Origin: Octopus sinensis | Lineage: Eukaryota | NCBI RefSeq assembly: GCF_006345805.1 | Contig: NC_043000.1 | Coordinates: 9,176,001-9,240,000 of the forward strand | DNA length: 64,000 bases | Reading direction: 5' to 3' | Shown: piece after piece, positions 13,813-26,652 of the stretch | Layout: every line of letters begins with the position of its first letter | Numbering within the stretch: position 1 is the first letter of the stretch | Translations under genes and position numbers: made by a program | Notes under the pieces: model-generated | The model's input: the letters and a program-made list of their open reading frames with translations, nothing else | Told to the model about the DNA's origin: nothing | Database searches by the model: none

Positions 13813-14191
13813 GAGCACTCCGTCGGTTACGACGACGAGGGTTCCAGTTGATCTGATCAACGGAACAGCCTACTCGTGAAATTAACGTGCAAGTGGCTGA
13901 GCACTCCACAGACACGTGTACCCTAACGTAGTTCTCGTGGGGATTCAGCGTGACACAGAGTGTGACAAGGCTGGGCCCTTTGAAATACAGGTACAAGAGA
14001 AACAGGAAGAAAGAGTGAGAGAAAGTTGTGGTGAAAGAGTACAGCAGGGTTCGCCACCATCCCCTGTCGGAGCCTCGTGGAACTTTAGGTGTTTTTGCTC
14101 AATAAACACTCACAATGTTCTGTCTGGGTATCGAAACCGCGAGCCTACGACCGTGAGTCCGCTGCCCTAACCACTAGGCCATTGCACTTCC
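13813..14191 (-). mobile_element. Family B SINE
   Basis: Reverse-complement match to 7870-8245. Confidence 0.88.
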
Positions 14192-15415
14192 ACATATAGC
14201 AGTGTAAACCATTGTTAAATATGGCATCTATAGGAACCCATAGTTTGAGGTAGGAGTCGGTAGCAGGTCATTACAGATAACCGCGTCATATTGAGCCTCA
14301 AAACTTTTCAAAAAGTTTTCAAATTTAATGTGTTTGTCTGTCATTGAGCACTAAAGTGGAAAAACTGTTAAATTCTGTTGTTACGACATAATTACACTTA
14401 AATTGGTTCACAGAAGCTTTGCGAAGCATTTGACGCTGCTTCTGACATTTTTGAATTAGCTTTCTTTTATGCCACAGTCATTTATTTAAAATTTTATGTT
14501 ACGATTTGTTTAATTTAAATATACTTGCAGGCGCAGGCATGGGTGTGTGGTAAGAAACTTCCGGGTTCAGTACCACTGCGTGGCTCAACTCAACCACATA
14601 TTTACAAACAGCAGGGGCTCTCGTGACTGAAAAAAAAATCTTGTTCTGTTAGCGACCGGCTTGGACTCTCTTAAGAAGAACTTAAATAAAACTCAAAGCA
14701 AAACATGATGCATACATGCATACATACAAACATACGTACATACATACATACATACATACACACATACATACATACATACATACATTATATACATACACAC
14801 ACACACATACATACATACATACATACATACATACATACATACATACATACATACATACATACATACATACATACATAATTGGAAGTAAAACTATTACTTT
14901 TTCTAATTATATTATTCGTCCGAGTAAAGAATTGGTAAAAAAAATCTATATATATATATTACCTTTTTATTTACCTATTTTAAAATATATTCTAAATATA
15001 TTGAAATCATTCAAAATATTTTAATTATATTTTTAAATATAATTTACCTATTTTTTAAATATATTTTATCACTAACTCACTCTTCCCGTAAATTGAATAT
15101 ATCTTATTTGTTTAGAAAGAAATAGCCTTATTTTTTTCTTTTAAGTAACCTTTCTTATACATACATAAATGATGGTTGTCTACTTGTTAGAAGAGCATGA
15201 CCATCGCTGACACAAAAGTCAAGAACGAAGGGTGTTAAGTGTTAAGTGTTAGTAATGCCCGTGCAAGGATTTTAAGTGGAATGCAGCTTTCACAACACCC
15301 TAACGACTCTCACTAGCAATACCAGGAAGCCCAAAGACAAATAAAGTGCTAGGTATCCAGATCTGGTGAGCAGTGGGTTTTATATATGAGTTAGCCTTCT
15401 CCTAGAGGGATGTTA

Positions 15416-15484
15416 TGACATCCATACAAACGAACACACATGCACGCATACATGCATACATACATACATACATACATACATACA

Positions 15485-15515
<31 letters not shown>

Positions 15516-15592
15516 TTACATACATACATACATATATACATACATACATACATACATACATACATACATGCATACATACATACATACATACA

Positions 15593-15626
<34 letters not shown>

Positions 15627-15636
15627 CATACATACA

Positions 15637-15670
<34 letters not shown>

Positions 15671-15724
15671 CATACATACATACATACATACATACATACA
15701 TACATACATACATACATACATACA

Positions 15725-15786
<62 letters not shown>

Positions 15787-15788
15787 CA

Positions 15789-15820
<32 letters not shown>

Positions 15821-16689
15821 CATACATACATAATACATACATACATAATACATACATACATACAGACATACATACATACATACATACATACATACATACA
15901 TACAACATACATGCATGCATGCATGCATGCTACATACATACATACATACATATACATACATACTACATGCATGCAATACATACATACATACATACATACA
16001 TACATACATACATACATGCATGCATGCATGCATACATACATACATACATACATACATACATACATACATACATACATACATGCATGCATACATACATGCA
16101 TGCATGCATGCATACATACATACATACATACATACATACATACATACATGCATACATACATACATACATACATACATACATACATACATACATGCATGCA
16201 TGCATGCATGCATACATACATACATACATACATACATACATACATACATACATACATACATACATACATACATACATACATGCATGCATGCATACATACA
16301 TACATACATACATACATACATACATACAGCATACATACATACATACATACATACATACATACATACATACATACAAACATACATACATACATACGTACAT
16401 ACATACATACATACAAACATACATACATACATACATACATACATACATGCATGCATGCATACATACATACATGCATGCATGCATACATACATACATACAT
16501 ACATACATACATACATACATGCATGCATACATGCATGCATACATACATACATACATACATACATACATACATACATGCATGCATGCATGCATGCATACAT
16601 ACATACATACATACATACATACATACATACATACATACATACATACATACATACATGCATACATACATACATACATACATACATACATA
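15416..16689. repeat. About 1.27-kb (CATA)n array with interspersed (CATG)n blocks
   Basis: Direct reading; source of the YIHT/MYVC pseudo-ORFs. Confidence 0.98.
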
Positions 16690-17110
16690 CAGGGCCGGAT
16701 TAAGACTCATAGACGCCCCACGCACTTAAAAGACTTTGGTGCCCCCATATTAATGCAATTCAAAATGTAAACAATAATAAACCATACAATATATTTTATT
16801 TTTCAAAATGAAACAAAACTAACAGTAAGAAGGGAAATAATGTTTATTTTTGTCTCCTTCCACGTTATTTATATTTGCAAAGTTTGCTGCTACTTTTTTT
16901 AATTGCAAAGTCTTTGATCAGATCCTCACTATGACACCATAAATTCTATAAAATTGTGTTTCCGATCATATAAACCACTTCAAATAGTATTTTAACAAGT
17001 TTAAAGTGATTTCTTTTGTAATGTAAACCATTTACCATTTCTGTGGTGCCCCTTCCTTCTCTTGATACTCTAAGCACGTGCAAATTTTACTTAATGGTTA
17101 ATCCAGCTCT
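16690..17110. mobile_element. hAT-like MITE
   Basis: Terminal inverted repeats CAGGGCCGGATTAA / TTAATCCAGCTCTG (2 mismatches). Confidence 0.6.
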
Positions 17111-17140
17111 GTATTTAAGAGATGAGGAAATTATGTACAT

Positions 17141-17413
17141 TATTTACATCATTTACAATTGCCGGATATTTGTCCTCATCTTGTTTGTTGTTAACACAAT
17201 GTTTTTCGGCTGATATACCCTCCAGTCTTCATCAGGTGTCTTGGGGGAAATTTCAAACCTGAATAACAACAACATCGAAAAGTACCTTAGGAATGAGAAC
17301 CCAGGTTCGAAATTTCACCAAGATGAAGGCTGGAGGGCATATCAGCCGAAACGTTGTGTTAGCAACAAACAAGATGAGGACAAATATCCGTCAATTGTAA
17401 ATAACGTAAATAA
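17141..17413. mobile_element. Small inverted-repeat element carrying hammerhead remnants in both arms
   Basis: Arms about 17141-17261 and 17302-17413 are reverse complements; CTGATGA on - at 17229-17235 and GGCTG..CAGCC GAAAC GTT GTGT on + at 17327-17359. Confidence 0.75.
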
Positions 17414-17563
17414 GGGTTAATCCAGCGTTGCATGCATACATACATACATACATACATACATACAGGAACCTTGGATCAAGGTTAGAAACCGGTTCTTTGT
17501 CTAGTAGCAAGAAATCTTGAAATAAACTCAATAATGACATACATACATATGTACGTACGTACG

Positions 17564-17959
<396 letters not shown>

Positions 17960-18819
17960 AGACGGCATATACGTTCGGCTTAGAGATGTAAGCGTTTAGA
18001 GTTGGTATGTTGCTGATGTTGATACGAAAGGGAGTAAGGTATATATCATAGAATAACAGATGAGTCTCTTCTGAGATATGAAAGTATTTAGTTGTTTTCT
18101 TTTAAACACTTTCAAGTATTATAGTGGGTCACTTCCGACCCAGAGAAAATGTTAAGAGGGTTAAACACTTAAATATCTTTTCTCTTTAACGAAACTCTGC
18201 AGTCAGTATAAATATATGCGTATATGTAATGTTATTTTGTGTGTATGAGAACGTTTGGGTTAAATTGTGACAAGTGAGAGTGTGTTTGCTCAACGTTCGT
18301 TGTGTATTGAAATATGTGTGCGTGATGTATGGTTAAGTACTTGTTGATACCAGTTTTTGACATGTGGTCATTTGAGGATAAGCAAATTAGAATTTTTCTT
18401 CAAAACTTCATGCCGAGATCGAGTTTTATTTTCTGAGCATCTCCGATGTGAAGTGTTTCCCTGAGACGTGCAATTTGCTGCCATACTTTATGTTTAGTTA
18501 CTTTTTGTTAGTGTGGTAACATGGTGGACGCTGTTGTCTTATGAGCCAAGGGTGGGCTAATAAATATCCCCCGCTATCTTCGAAAAACAAAATAGTTTTC
18601 TTACAGAAAAGCAAATAGAGAAACGAAAAATAATCAAACACATTGAAAACCGAGCTTTATGATTCATGCTGGAAATATGGTTTGTGGATCGAGAGTTTTG
18701 GTTTAAAATTTCGGTTGCCCTTCCGGTTACATATACATAAAATTATTCTCAAACACGCGTGCGCGTTCTCTCTTTCTCTCTCTCCCCATCTCTCCCTTTA
18801 AATCTCCCCCTCTCTCTCT

Positions 18820-18876
<57 letters not shown>

Positions 18877-19250
18877 GCACGCACGCACACACACACACGC
18901 ACACACACAGGCGCCAGTAAAATTGTGTGATTAAGAAGCATGCTTTGCAACCACATGGTTTCGGGTTCAATCTCACAGCACGGCATATTGTGCAAGTATA
19001 TTCTACTATAGCACTTGGCCGATCAAATCCTTGTGAGTGCATTTAGTAGACGGAAACAGTGTGGAAGCTCGTCGCATGTGTGTTTCTGTGCGTGTATGTC
19101 TTTCTCTGTCCCAACCGTTTGACAACCGATGTTAGTTTGTCTGTGGCATCACAAAGTAGCTGTTCAACAGATGAGTTGGTCAGATTAAGACTCAACATAC
19201 TGGAATCGATTTTTTCGAGTAAATTCAACGGTTGACACAAGTAAAGGACT

Positions 19251-19271
<21 letters not shown>

Positions 19272-19292
<21 letters not shown>

Positions 19293-19468
19293 GGGCGTGG
19301 CTATGTGGTAAGAAGCTTATTTTCCAACCACATGGTTCCGGGTTAAATCACACTGCGCGGTTCCTTGGACAAGCGTCTTTTACTACAGCCTTGGACCAAC
19401 CAAAACCTTGTGAGTAGATTTGGGGATTTGGTAGACGGAAGCTGAAAGAAGTGCGTCGTATACATACA

Positions 19469-19503
<35 letters not shown>

Positions 19504-19510
19504 TATATAC

Positions 19511-19586
<76 letters not shown>

Positions 19587-19915
19587 GTATGTATGTATGT
19601 ATGTGTGTGTGCGCGTGCGTATGTGTGTGTATGTGTATGTGTATGTGTGAGTGTATACACACATACACACACGCATATATATGTATGTATGTATATATCT
19701 ATGCCTTTGTGTCTGTGTTTGTCTCCATCACCATTTGACAACCGGTGCTGGTGTGTTGATGTCCACATAACCGAGCGGTTCAGCAAAAAGAACTGCTAGA
19801 ATAAATAGTAGGCTTAAGAAATAAGTCCTGAGGTCGAGTTGTTCGACCAAAACTTTTGAAAGCGGTGCTCCAGCATGGCTGCAATCAAATGACTGAAACG
19901 AGTAAAAGAAAATAG
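19272..19915 (+). mobile_element. Family D SINE with about 240-bp internal microsatellite
   Basis: Head 19272-19460, CATA/TA/TG repeats, body and tail to 19915. Confidence 0.85.
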
Positions 19916-19920
19916 AAGTA

Positions 19921-19974
<54 letters not shown>

Positions 19975-19982
19975 GATATATG

Positions 19983-20043
<61 letters not shown>

Positions 20044-20049
20044 GTATAC

Positions 20050-20090
<41 letters not shown>

Positions 20091-20153
20091 ACACATACAT
20101 ACATACATACATACAGATATATAATATTAATATATATACACATACATACATAC

Positions 20154-20202
<49 letters not shown>

Positions 20203-20455
20203 ATATATATATATAATACATCCATACATACATACATACATACATACATACATACATACATACATGCATACAACATACATACATACATATACTTTCGTGA
20301 GTAACAATTGTTTCAAGCTGTTGAATTTGTCCCATTTTATATGAATTACTTTCTAAATTATTCGATTCGAACTCTAAATTATTTGGGCCGAGTTGGATTC
20401 GTTCTATTTATGGCTTTTGTACTCGAAAGTTCATTCTGCTATCTTCTTTGCCTCA

Positions 20456-20497
<42 letters not shown>

Positions 20498-20516
20498 TAT
20501 CATATATATATTATAT

Positions 20517-20547
<31 letters not shown>

Positions 20548-20597
20548 ATATATATATATATTATATTACAATACGTAATGTGTTATCACACTACAAC

Positions 20598-20846
20598 AAG
20601 GCCGGCGCTAGGAAGTGCGGGACCCAATTAGAGAATTGTTAGTGGGGGCCATTATTCCACAAAAGCTGAAGATTGATGTTTTATGCTTCGTGTAGAACGC
20701 CAGTCCCCGCCAAAAAGCGGTGAGGGCTTGAGGCTCCGCCAATACTTACAATAATATACTGACGATTCATCACAGCGTCCTCCGCTCGAAAGAGTCCGCG
20801 GGGCCCAGCGGGGCCCAATTGTTAATTGGCTTAAAACCGGCCCTGG
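20598..20846. mobile_element. hAT-like MITE
   Basis: Ends AAGGCCGGC.. / ..ACCGGCCCTG resemble CAGGGCCGG termini. Confidence 0.45.
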
Positions 20847-20862
20847 TCCTCAATATATATAT

Positions 20863-21078
20863 ATCAGGGAATGCTAAAAAGTTCCCGGCTTTGGGGAAAA
20901 GAAAATACTGGAGGAACAGTTAATTTTTCTATTTAACATATTCCCTCCTCAAATTCACACACCTATAGTAGCAGCCCTTCAGTTTTTCTAAGCCCTGTAA
21001 AAGAACTCGGAAGGTTGGGCCATCAAACAAGCCTTTCGTGGCTCCCTTAAAACCAGGAACTTTTCAGTACCGTTCGTG
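20863..21078. mobile_element. Tc1/mariner-like MITE
   Basis: Imperfect TIRs ATGCTAAAAAGTTCCCGGCTTT / AAAACCAGGAACTTTTCAGTAC with TA-rich flanks. Confidence 0.6.
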
Positions 21079-21654
21079 TATATTACACGCTATATGTATT
21101 TACACTTATTCCTCTTGCAATTATACTACTTGATATATTCCACTATTCCATTATTCCACTATTCTACTATTAACTTTTGTATTGAAACTACTTGAGAGAT
21201 ATCGTGTATTCAACTTTATCCTATTTACGGTGCATGCGTGTATTTCTTGATTTAAGCAGTACGAAAAAAGCAAAACAAAACAAAAAACAAAACAATATAA
21301 TTTGAAAATATAGAATGAAAATTTGGAAGGCCAAGGTGGGTTGGTGCCACCTTATATCTTTTCAAGAAATATTTCTCTTCAGAAACTTTTGCACAAAATG
21401 TATGAAATATATTGTTAAAATGCACAACTTTTGCATAAACTAAACATGCCGTCCCATGAAAACCTTTAGAAAATATATGTAACCGATTAGTAAGATCATA
21501 GACCTACGCGGAAACATGTATATATTTTTGTAGTTTTGAATACGTAAACCAGATTTATGAATTTATGAAGAACATTTATTGTAGAAAATAGCAAAGTAGA
21601 ATAACGTATGAATCATTAACTACAATATGTCGTACGTAATAAGAGTATCAAACA

Positions 21655-21839
21655 TGGCGGTGTGGCTGTGTGCTAAAACGCTTGCTTCCCAAACACATGA
21701 TTTCGGATTCAGTACCACTGCGCGGTGCCTTGTACAGGTGTACATTGTACATTGTACATTGACTTCGGGCCGCCCAAAGCCTTGTAAATCGATTTGGTAA
21801 ACAGAAGAATCTATCTATCTACCTATCTATCTATATAAT

Positions 21840-21921
<82 letters not shown>

Positions 21922-22395
21922 GTCTACCTGTCTACCTGTCTACCTGTCTGTCTGTCTGTCTGTCTGTATGTCTGTCGGTCTGTCGGTCTGTCGGTCTGTC
22001 TGTATATGTATATATCTATGTGTGTGTGTCTCTGTGTCTGTGTTTGTCCCCACCACCGCTCGACAACCGATGTTGGTGTGTTTACGTCCCAGTAAGTTAG
22101 CGTTTCGGCAAAAGAGACCGATAGAATAAGTACTAGGCTTAATAAAAAAAAGTAAGTCCTAGGGTAGATTTGTTCAACTAAAACCCTCCAAGGCGGTGCC
22201 CCAGCATGGCCACTGTCAAATGACTGAAACAAGTAAAAGATAAAAGATATACATATGTATAATAATTACTAGGTTTAATGAAAAAGACAAAAAAGGGACT
22301 GGGTTCAATTCGTTCAACTAAAAAGAAAAAAAGAAATTTCAAAGCGGTGCCCCAGCATGGCCGCTGTCCAATGACTGAAAGAAATAAAAGAGAGT
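21655..22395 (+). mobile_element. Family D SINE with internal (TCTA/TCTG)n and a duplicated tail
   Basis: Head at 21655, tail at 22192-22255, second tail copy at about 22300-22395. Confidence 0.8.
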
Positions 22396-23666
22396 TCAAA
22401 GATATATAATGCCGTTACATCTACTGCACACGTTACTACAAGGAAACGTGTGTAAAACTAGAAATAAATTTCAAATGCTTCATCTATTGCAAAATATTTA
22501 CGTATTATGAAAAAAATTCTTTCTCATCGAAGCTGCAGAAAGAAATAACAAAAAATTAAACTAATAAATTATTTACATTTTTATGAAATATTTTTGATAT
22601 GCAAAGTTCATTTTGTTTACCTCAAAACGAGATAAAGACGTAATAAAGAATTTTGGAAATATCAATCTTTGCAAGGTCCAAGGAAAGATAACTCATGCAC
22701 ACAGGAAATCGAAATTATTTACCTTGATTAATAAAAATTTAAAAGACCGGCAGATCCAAAACCAGTTTTGTCTCCAACTGCCAGAAAAAAAAAAAAAAAA
22801 TAAAAAGGGGGGGGGGGGTGAGAGGCGGCTTTTCTCTCTCTTTTTTATTATTATTTAGAAGGGAAACCATTGTCCATGAACCACTATAGGGCTTCACAGA
22901 ATGGCAGATGGGTGGAAGGTATCTTCAAACTGGAAACATTGCCGGATGCTTACGACACGTTGGGCCCCGCTAAATCCGCTAAAAACTGTTAAGGTGCAAG
23001 ATTGTGGTGTTAAACATGGTGATGGGTTAAATTTTCCACCCAATTAGGCCATGACGAGATTTGAACTTAGAACGTAAAGAGGTGATGTAAATTCCATCCC
23101 TAGGAACTATGTTCGACTTTCTTGCAGTTCCCCTAATACCACCACTATTTTCTCTACCCCCAAAGGATAAAAGGCAAAGTTAACTTTAGAGGGATTTGAA
23201 CTTAAAGCACGCTCTAACAATTTCGCCAATCTAACAGCTTAATTGTTTTAAATTTTTGCAGAAGGCCAGCGATTTTAGGCAGTTGATTACACCGTCCTCA
23301 GTACCTGAACGGTACTTTATTTTATCGATCCCGAAAGGACGAAAGGAAAATGCGACATCGGTGGAATTCGAACTCAGAATATAAAGAGCCGGAAGAAATA
23401 TCGCTGAGCAAATTGTTCCCCGCACTAACAGTTCTATTAGCTCGTCGCCTTCATTAGGCAGAAGATCTAAAATTCCGTGTGGGGGACCTTGTCGATTAGA
23501 GCGACGTTTATGTTCATCTGGTACTTATTTTATCGCTGTTGAGAAGGAAAGCCGACCTCAGTGAATTTGAACGAGAACGTGAACAGCTGGGAGAGATTCC
23601 GTCCGGTAGGTTAGGGATTCAGCTAGATCATCACCTTAATTAATTATTTCTACTATGAAGCATGTG

Positions 23667-23990
23667 AAGGTGCATGGCTCAGTGATTAGAGCATCGGGCT
23701 CGCGATCAGGAGGTAGTGAGTTCGATTCCTGGATCAGGCTGTGTGTCGTGTTCTTGAGCAAGATACTTTATTTCACGTACTCCAGCTCACTCATCTGTAG
23801 AAATAATGAGTTGCGACATCACAGGTGCCAAGCTGTATCGGTCTTTACCTTTCCCTTGAACAACATGAGTGGCGTGGAAAGCGGGGCTGGTATGTACGGG
23901 CGACTGCTGGGCTTCCATAAACAACCTTGCCCTTGTAGGAGAACTTTCTAGATGCAATCCCATGGTTTCATGACCGAAGGTGACTTTTAC
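23667..23990 (+). mobile_element. CORE-like SINE (family C variant)
   Basis: Box A TGGCTCAGTGA, box B GAGTTCGATTCC and CORE-like segment; homologous to 50190-50500. Confidence 0.8.
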
Positions 23991-23999
23991 CTTTACTAT

Positions 24000-24207
24000 A
24001 GGTACACGGTTTAGAATTTTAGAGGAGGGATTAAGTTGATTACATCGACCCAGTACTTGAAAGGTACTTTATTTTATCGACTTCGTAAGGATGGAAGGCA
24101 AAGTCAATCACAGTAGAATTTGAACCCAGAACGTAAAGACGGACGAAATGCCGCTAAGCATTTTGGCCAGCGTTCTAACCATTCTGCCACCTCATCTTCG
24201 CCACCTT
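24000..24207 (-). mobile_element. Family A SINE
   Basis: Reverse-strand head and core. Confidence 0.75.
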
Positions 24208-24507
24208 AATAAGAAGACAAAAAATAGAATTTTCATCCAAATACTTCTTTCTTCAGCATAGCGTTGCATTTAAAAAATGTTTTAAAACCTACTCATGACT
24301 GTGTGCAGCCACATGATTACAGGTTCAATCCTACTGTGCGGTACCTTGGCAAGTATTTCTAGTATAACACTGGCCGATTCCTACTTGTGAGTAAAATTAG
24401 TAGACGGAAACTGTATAAAAGTGCGTCACACGCACATCACACACATGTATATGTGCTAACCATCCACGAAACTATAAGAGATACGGAGCAGAGTCAAACC
24501 GCTATTG

Positions 24508-24541
<34 letters not shown>

Positions 24542-25149
24542 GTGGTGTGTGTGTGTGTGTGTGTGTAGGCTAGTATTTAACGTTTGCTTTTAGATTTAAG
24601 ATTTTAAGAAATCAGTCCAGTTTTCAAACTGTGATCGCCCGACCCACAAGAAATAGCAGTCACACTTCCCTCATATTACACCCTGCCGTCTTCAGAAATG
24701 AAAGACACACTGGGCAGTAGATATTTTGACCAAAGTGAGAACCTCTCTGTGGTCGATCGATACACTAGAAATAGCGGCCACCATAATAATAGCTTCAGAT
24801 GCAACGGAAATTATAAAGTGTCTCGGCAAAGACAAGTATTTACAAAAAATCTGAACCAAAAGAAAAATAGAGATCGATCGCAAAGAATCACCAAGTAATA
24901 CAAACTATATGGGTTGTGGGAAGAATCTCAAAGTGTAGTAGAATGCAGGCACCATGATGAAAATAGACAGTACAAACAAGTGAAAACCCTCCTTCAAAGA
25001 CAGAAGGGCTGAAATATTAAACTTCACATAAAATATCAGAATTAATTAAATATGTATAATATAGCTACAAAAAACGTTTTCGTTTTCTTTATCACTTCTA
25101 TGATAGTATATACATAAACTGTGCATTACTCTCAAATTTCATCCAAACG

Positions 25150-25865
25150 CAACCGACATGTTAGCGGCGAGAATGGCCCTTGACAATTTCTTTGAGGCGA
25201 AACACGAAGGGTTCGTTGTCGGAGCTAAGGCCCGTGCGCTAAAACACGAAGGAACTAAAGCCGTCCGATTGGCTCGAACGGTAGAGACACGACGTGGAAA
25301 GAAAATAACGACAAATTCTTTGACGGATCGGAACGGACGTGTGCTATTCGGTTCTGAGAAGATGTGTGCGGATTTCCAGCAGTACCTTGCATGGCTGTTT
25401 AGAAAGGCTGATGGGTCGACGACGGTAGCGTACTTTACTTCGTACCTAGACGGCTTACCACGGCTCTCGGTGACGGACGCGAGATGCTGCGAAAAACCGA
25501 TTACAGCCTCTGAAATACGAGAGGCGATGAGCGATTGCACAAGTCACAAATCGTCCAGTTTGGTTGGTCACCCTACGAATTCTATGTTTTCATGCCAGAT
25601 TTGTTTGGTAGCTTCTCGGCAGATGTCCACAGTAACTGACAGCAGAACGTGATACTTCCCAGCGCTGTTAGTTGGGGTGTGGTAACATTACTGAGAAAGG
25701 ATGCCGACAATGGGTACGTGCTAGGGAATTTTCGGCCCATAACTCTATTAAACAGAGAGTTTTAAGATCTTGGCCAATGTGTTAGCGAAAAGGTTGGCGC
25801 TTGTCGTCGGTAGTCTGGTAGGGGAGGCAAAAACGTGCGTAGTCCCAAACAGGTCTATCCAGGTC
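25150..25865 (+). pseudogene. Tx1/L1-type LINE ORF2 fragment (EN-RT linker and RT N-terminus)
   Basis: PITASEIREAM, GNFRPITLLN and KILANVLAKRL motifs; frameshifts and stops. Confidence 0.75.
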
Positions 25866-26440
25866 TATAAGAGACGCCACGACAATATAGCCAGGCTTGT
25901 CCATTGGACACTTTGCAACAAGTATGGGCTTGCGAGAGCAAAAAATTGATACGACCACAAACCTGAAGGCATCGTCGAAAATAGAAATGCAACGATCCTA
26001 TAGGATTTTATGATACAGTGCGACCATGAGATAGAGAATAGGAAGCCGCACATAGTCTTAATTGAGAAAGAAAACAAACTATGCTGGATCATAGATATGC
26101 CATGCCTAGCTGACAACAAAATATGCTATAAGGAAGAAAGAAAAGTTGAGAGATATCACAGGTTAGCTTGGGAAGTTAAGCAGTTGTGGTCGATGAAAAA
26201 GGTAGCTGTAGTACTAATGAATGTCGGAGCCCTGGGAACAATGAACAAAAAGTTCGAGAAGTACGTGGAACAAATAGGGGCTGCATTAAGGGTGGAGCAC
26301 TTGCAGAAAACAGCACTGCTTGGAAATCGCTCGAATATTCCGGAAGATGCTCGAAAAATAAGAGGTGTTATCTTAGTTCACTGGTAGTGAATAGCTGACA
26401 CTGTAGTACATCTCCAGCGTCGGAAGCTGTGCAAAGGCAA
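25866..26440 (+). pseudogene. R4/Dong-type LINE 3' end (restriction-like endonuclease) plus 3' UTR
   Basis: YKRRHD..ARLVHW, ENRKPHIV..IID, K.ERY..L and VGALG motifs; followed by (AAC)n(AAT)n. Confidence 0.85.
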
Positions 26441-26441
26441 T

Positions 26442-26509
<68 letters not shown>

Positions 26510-26557
26510 AACCACAACAACCACAACAACAACAACAACAGCACTAACAACAACAAC

Positions 26558-26646
<89 letters not shown>

Positions 26647-26652
26647 TAATAA
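26440..26652. repeat. (AAC)n/(AAT)n microsatellite
   Basis: Direct reading. Confidence 0.97.

Noticed and set aside
15391-16770. Long ORFs (up to 451 aa) of YIHT/MYVC repeats, and similar HT/CV/IY/DDD/NNN ORFs throughout the window
   Set aside because: They are translations of stop-free microsatellites and have no coding signature.
22858-22990. Possible host exon after a pyrimidine tract ending TTTAG
   Set aside because: The translation is unrecognisable and there are no compatible neighbouring exons; it cannot be supported without RNA-seq.
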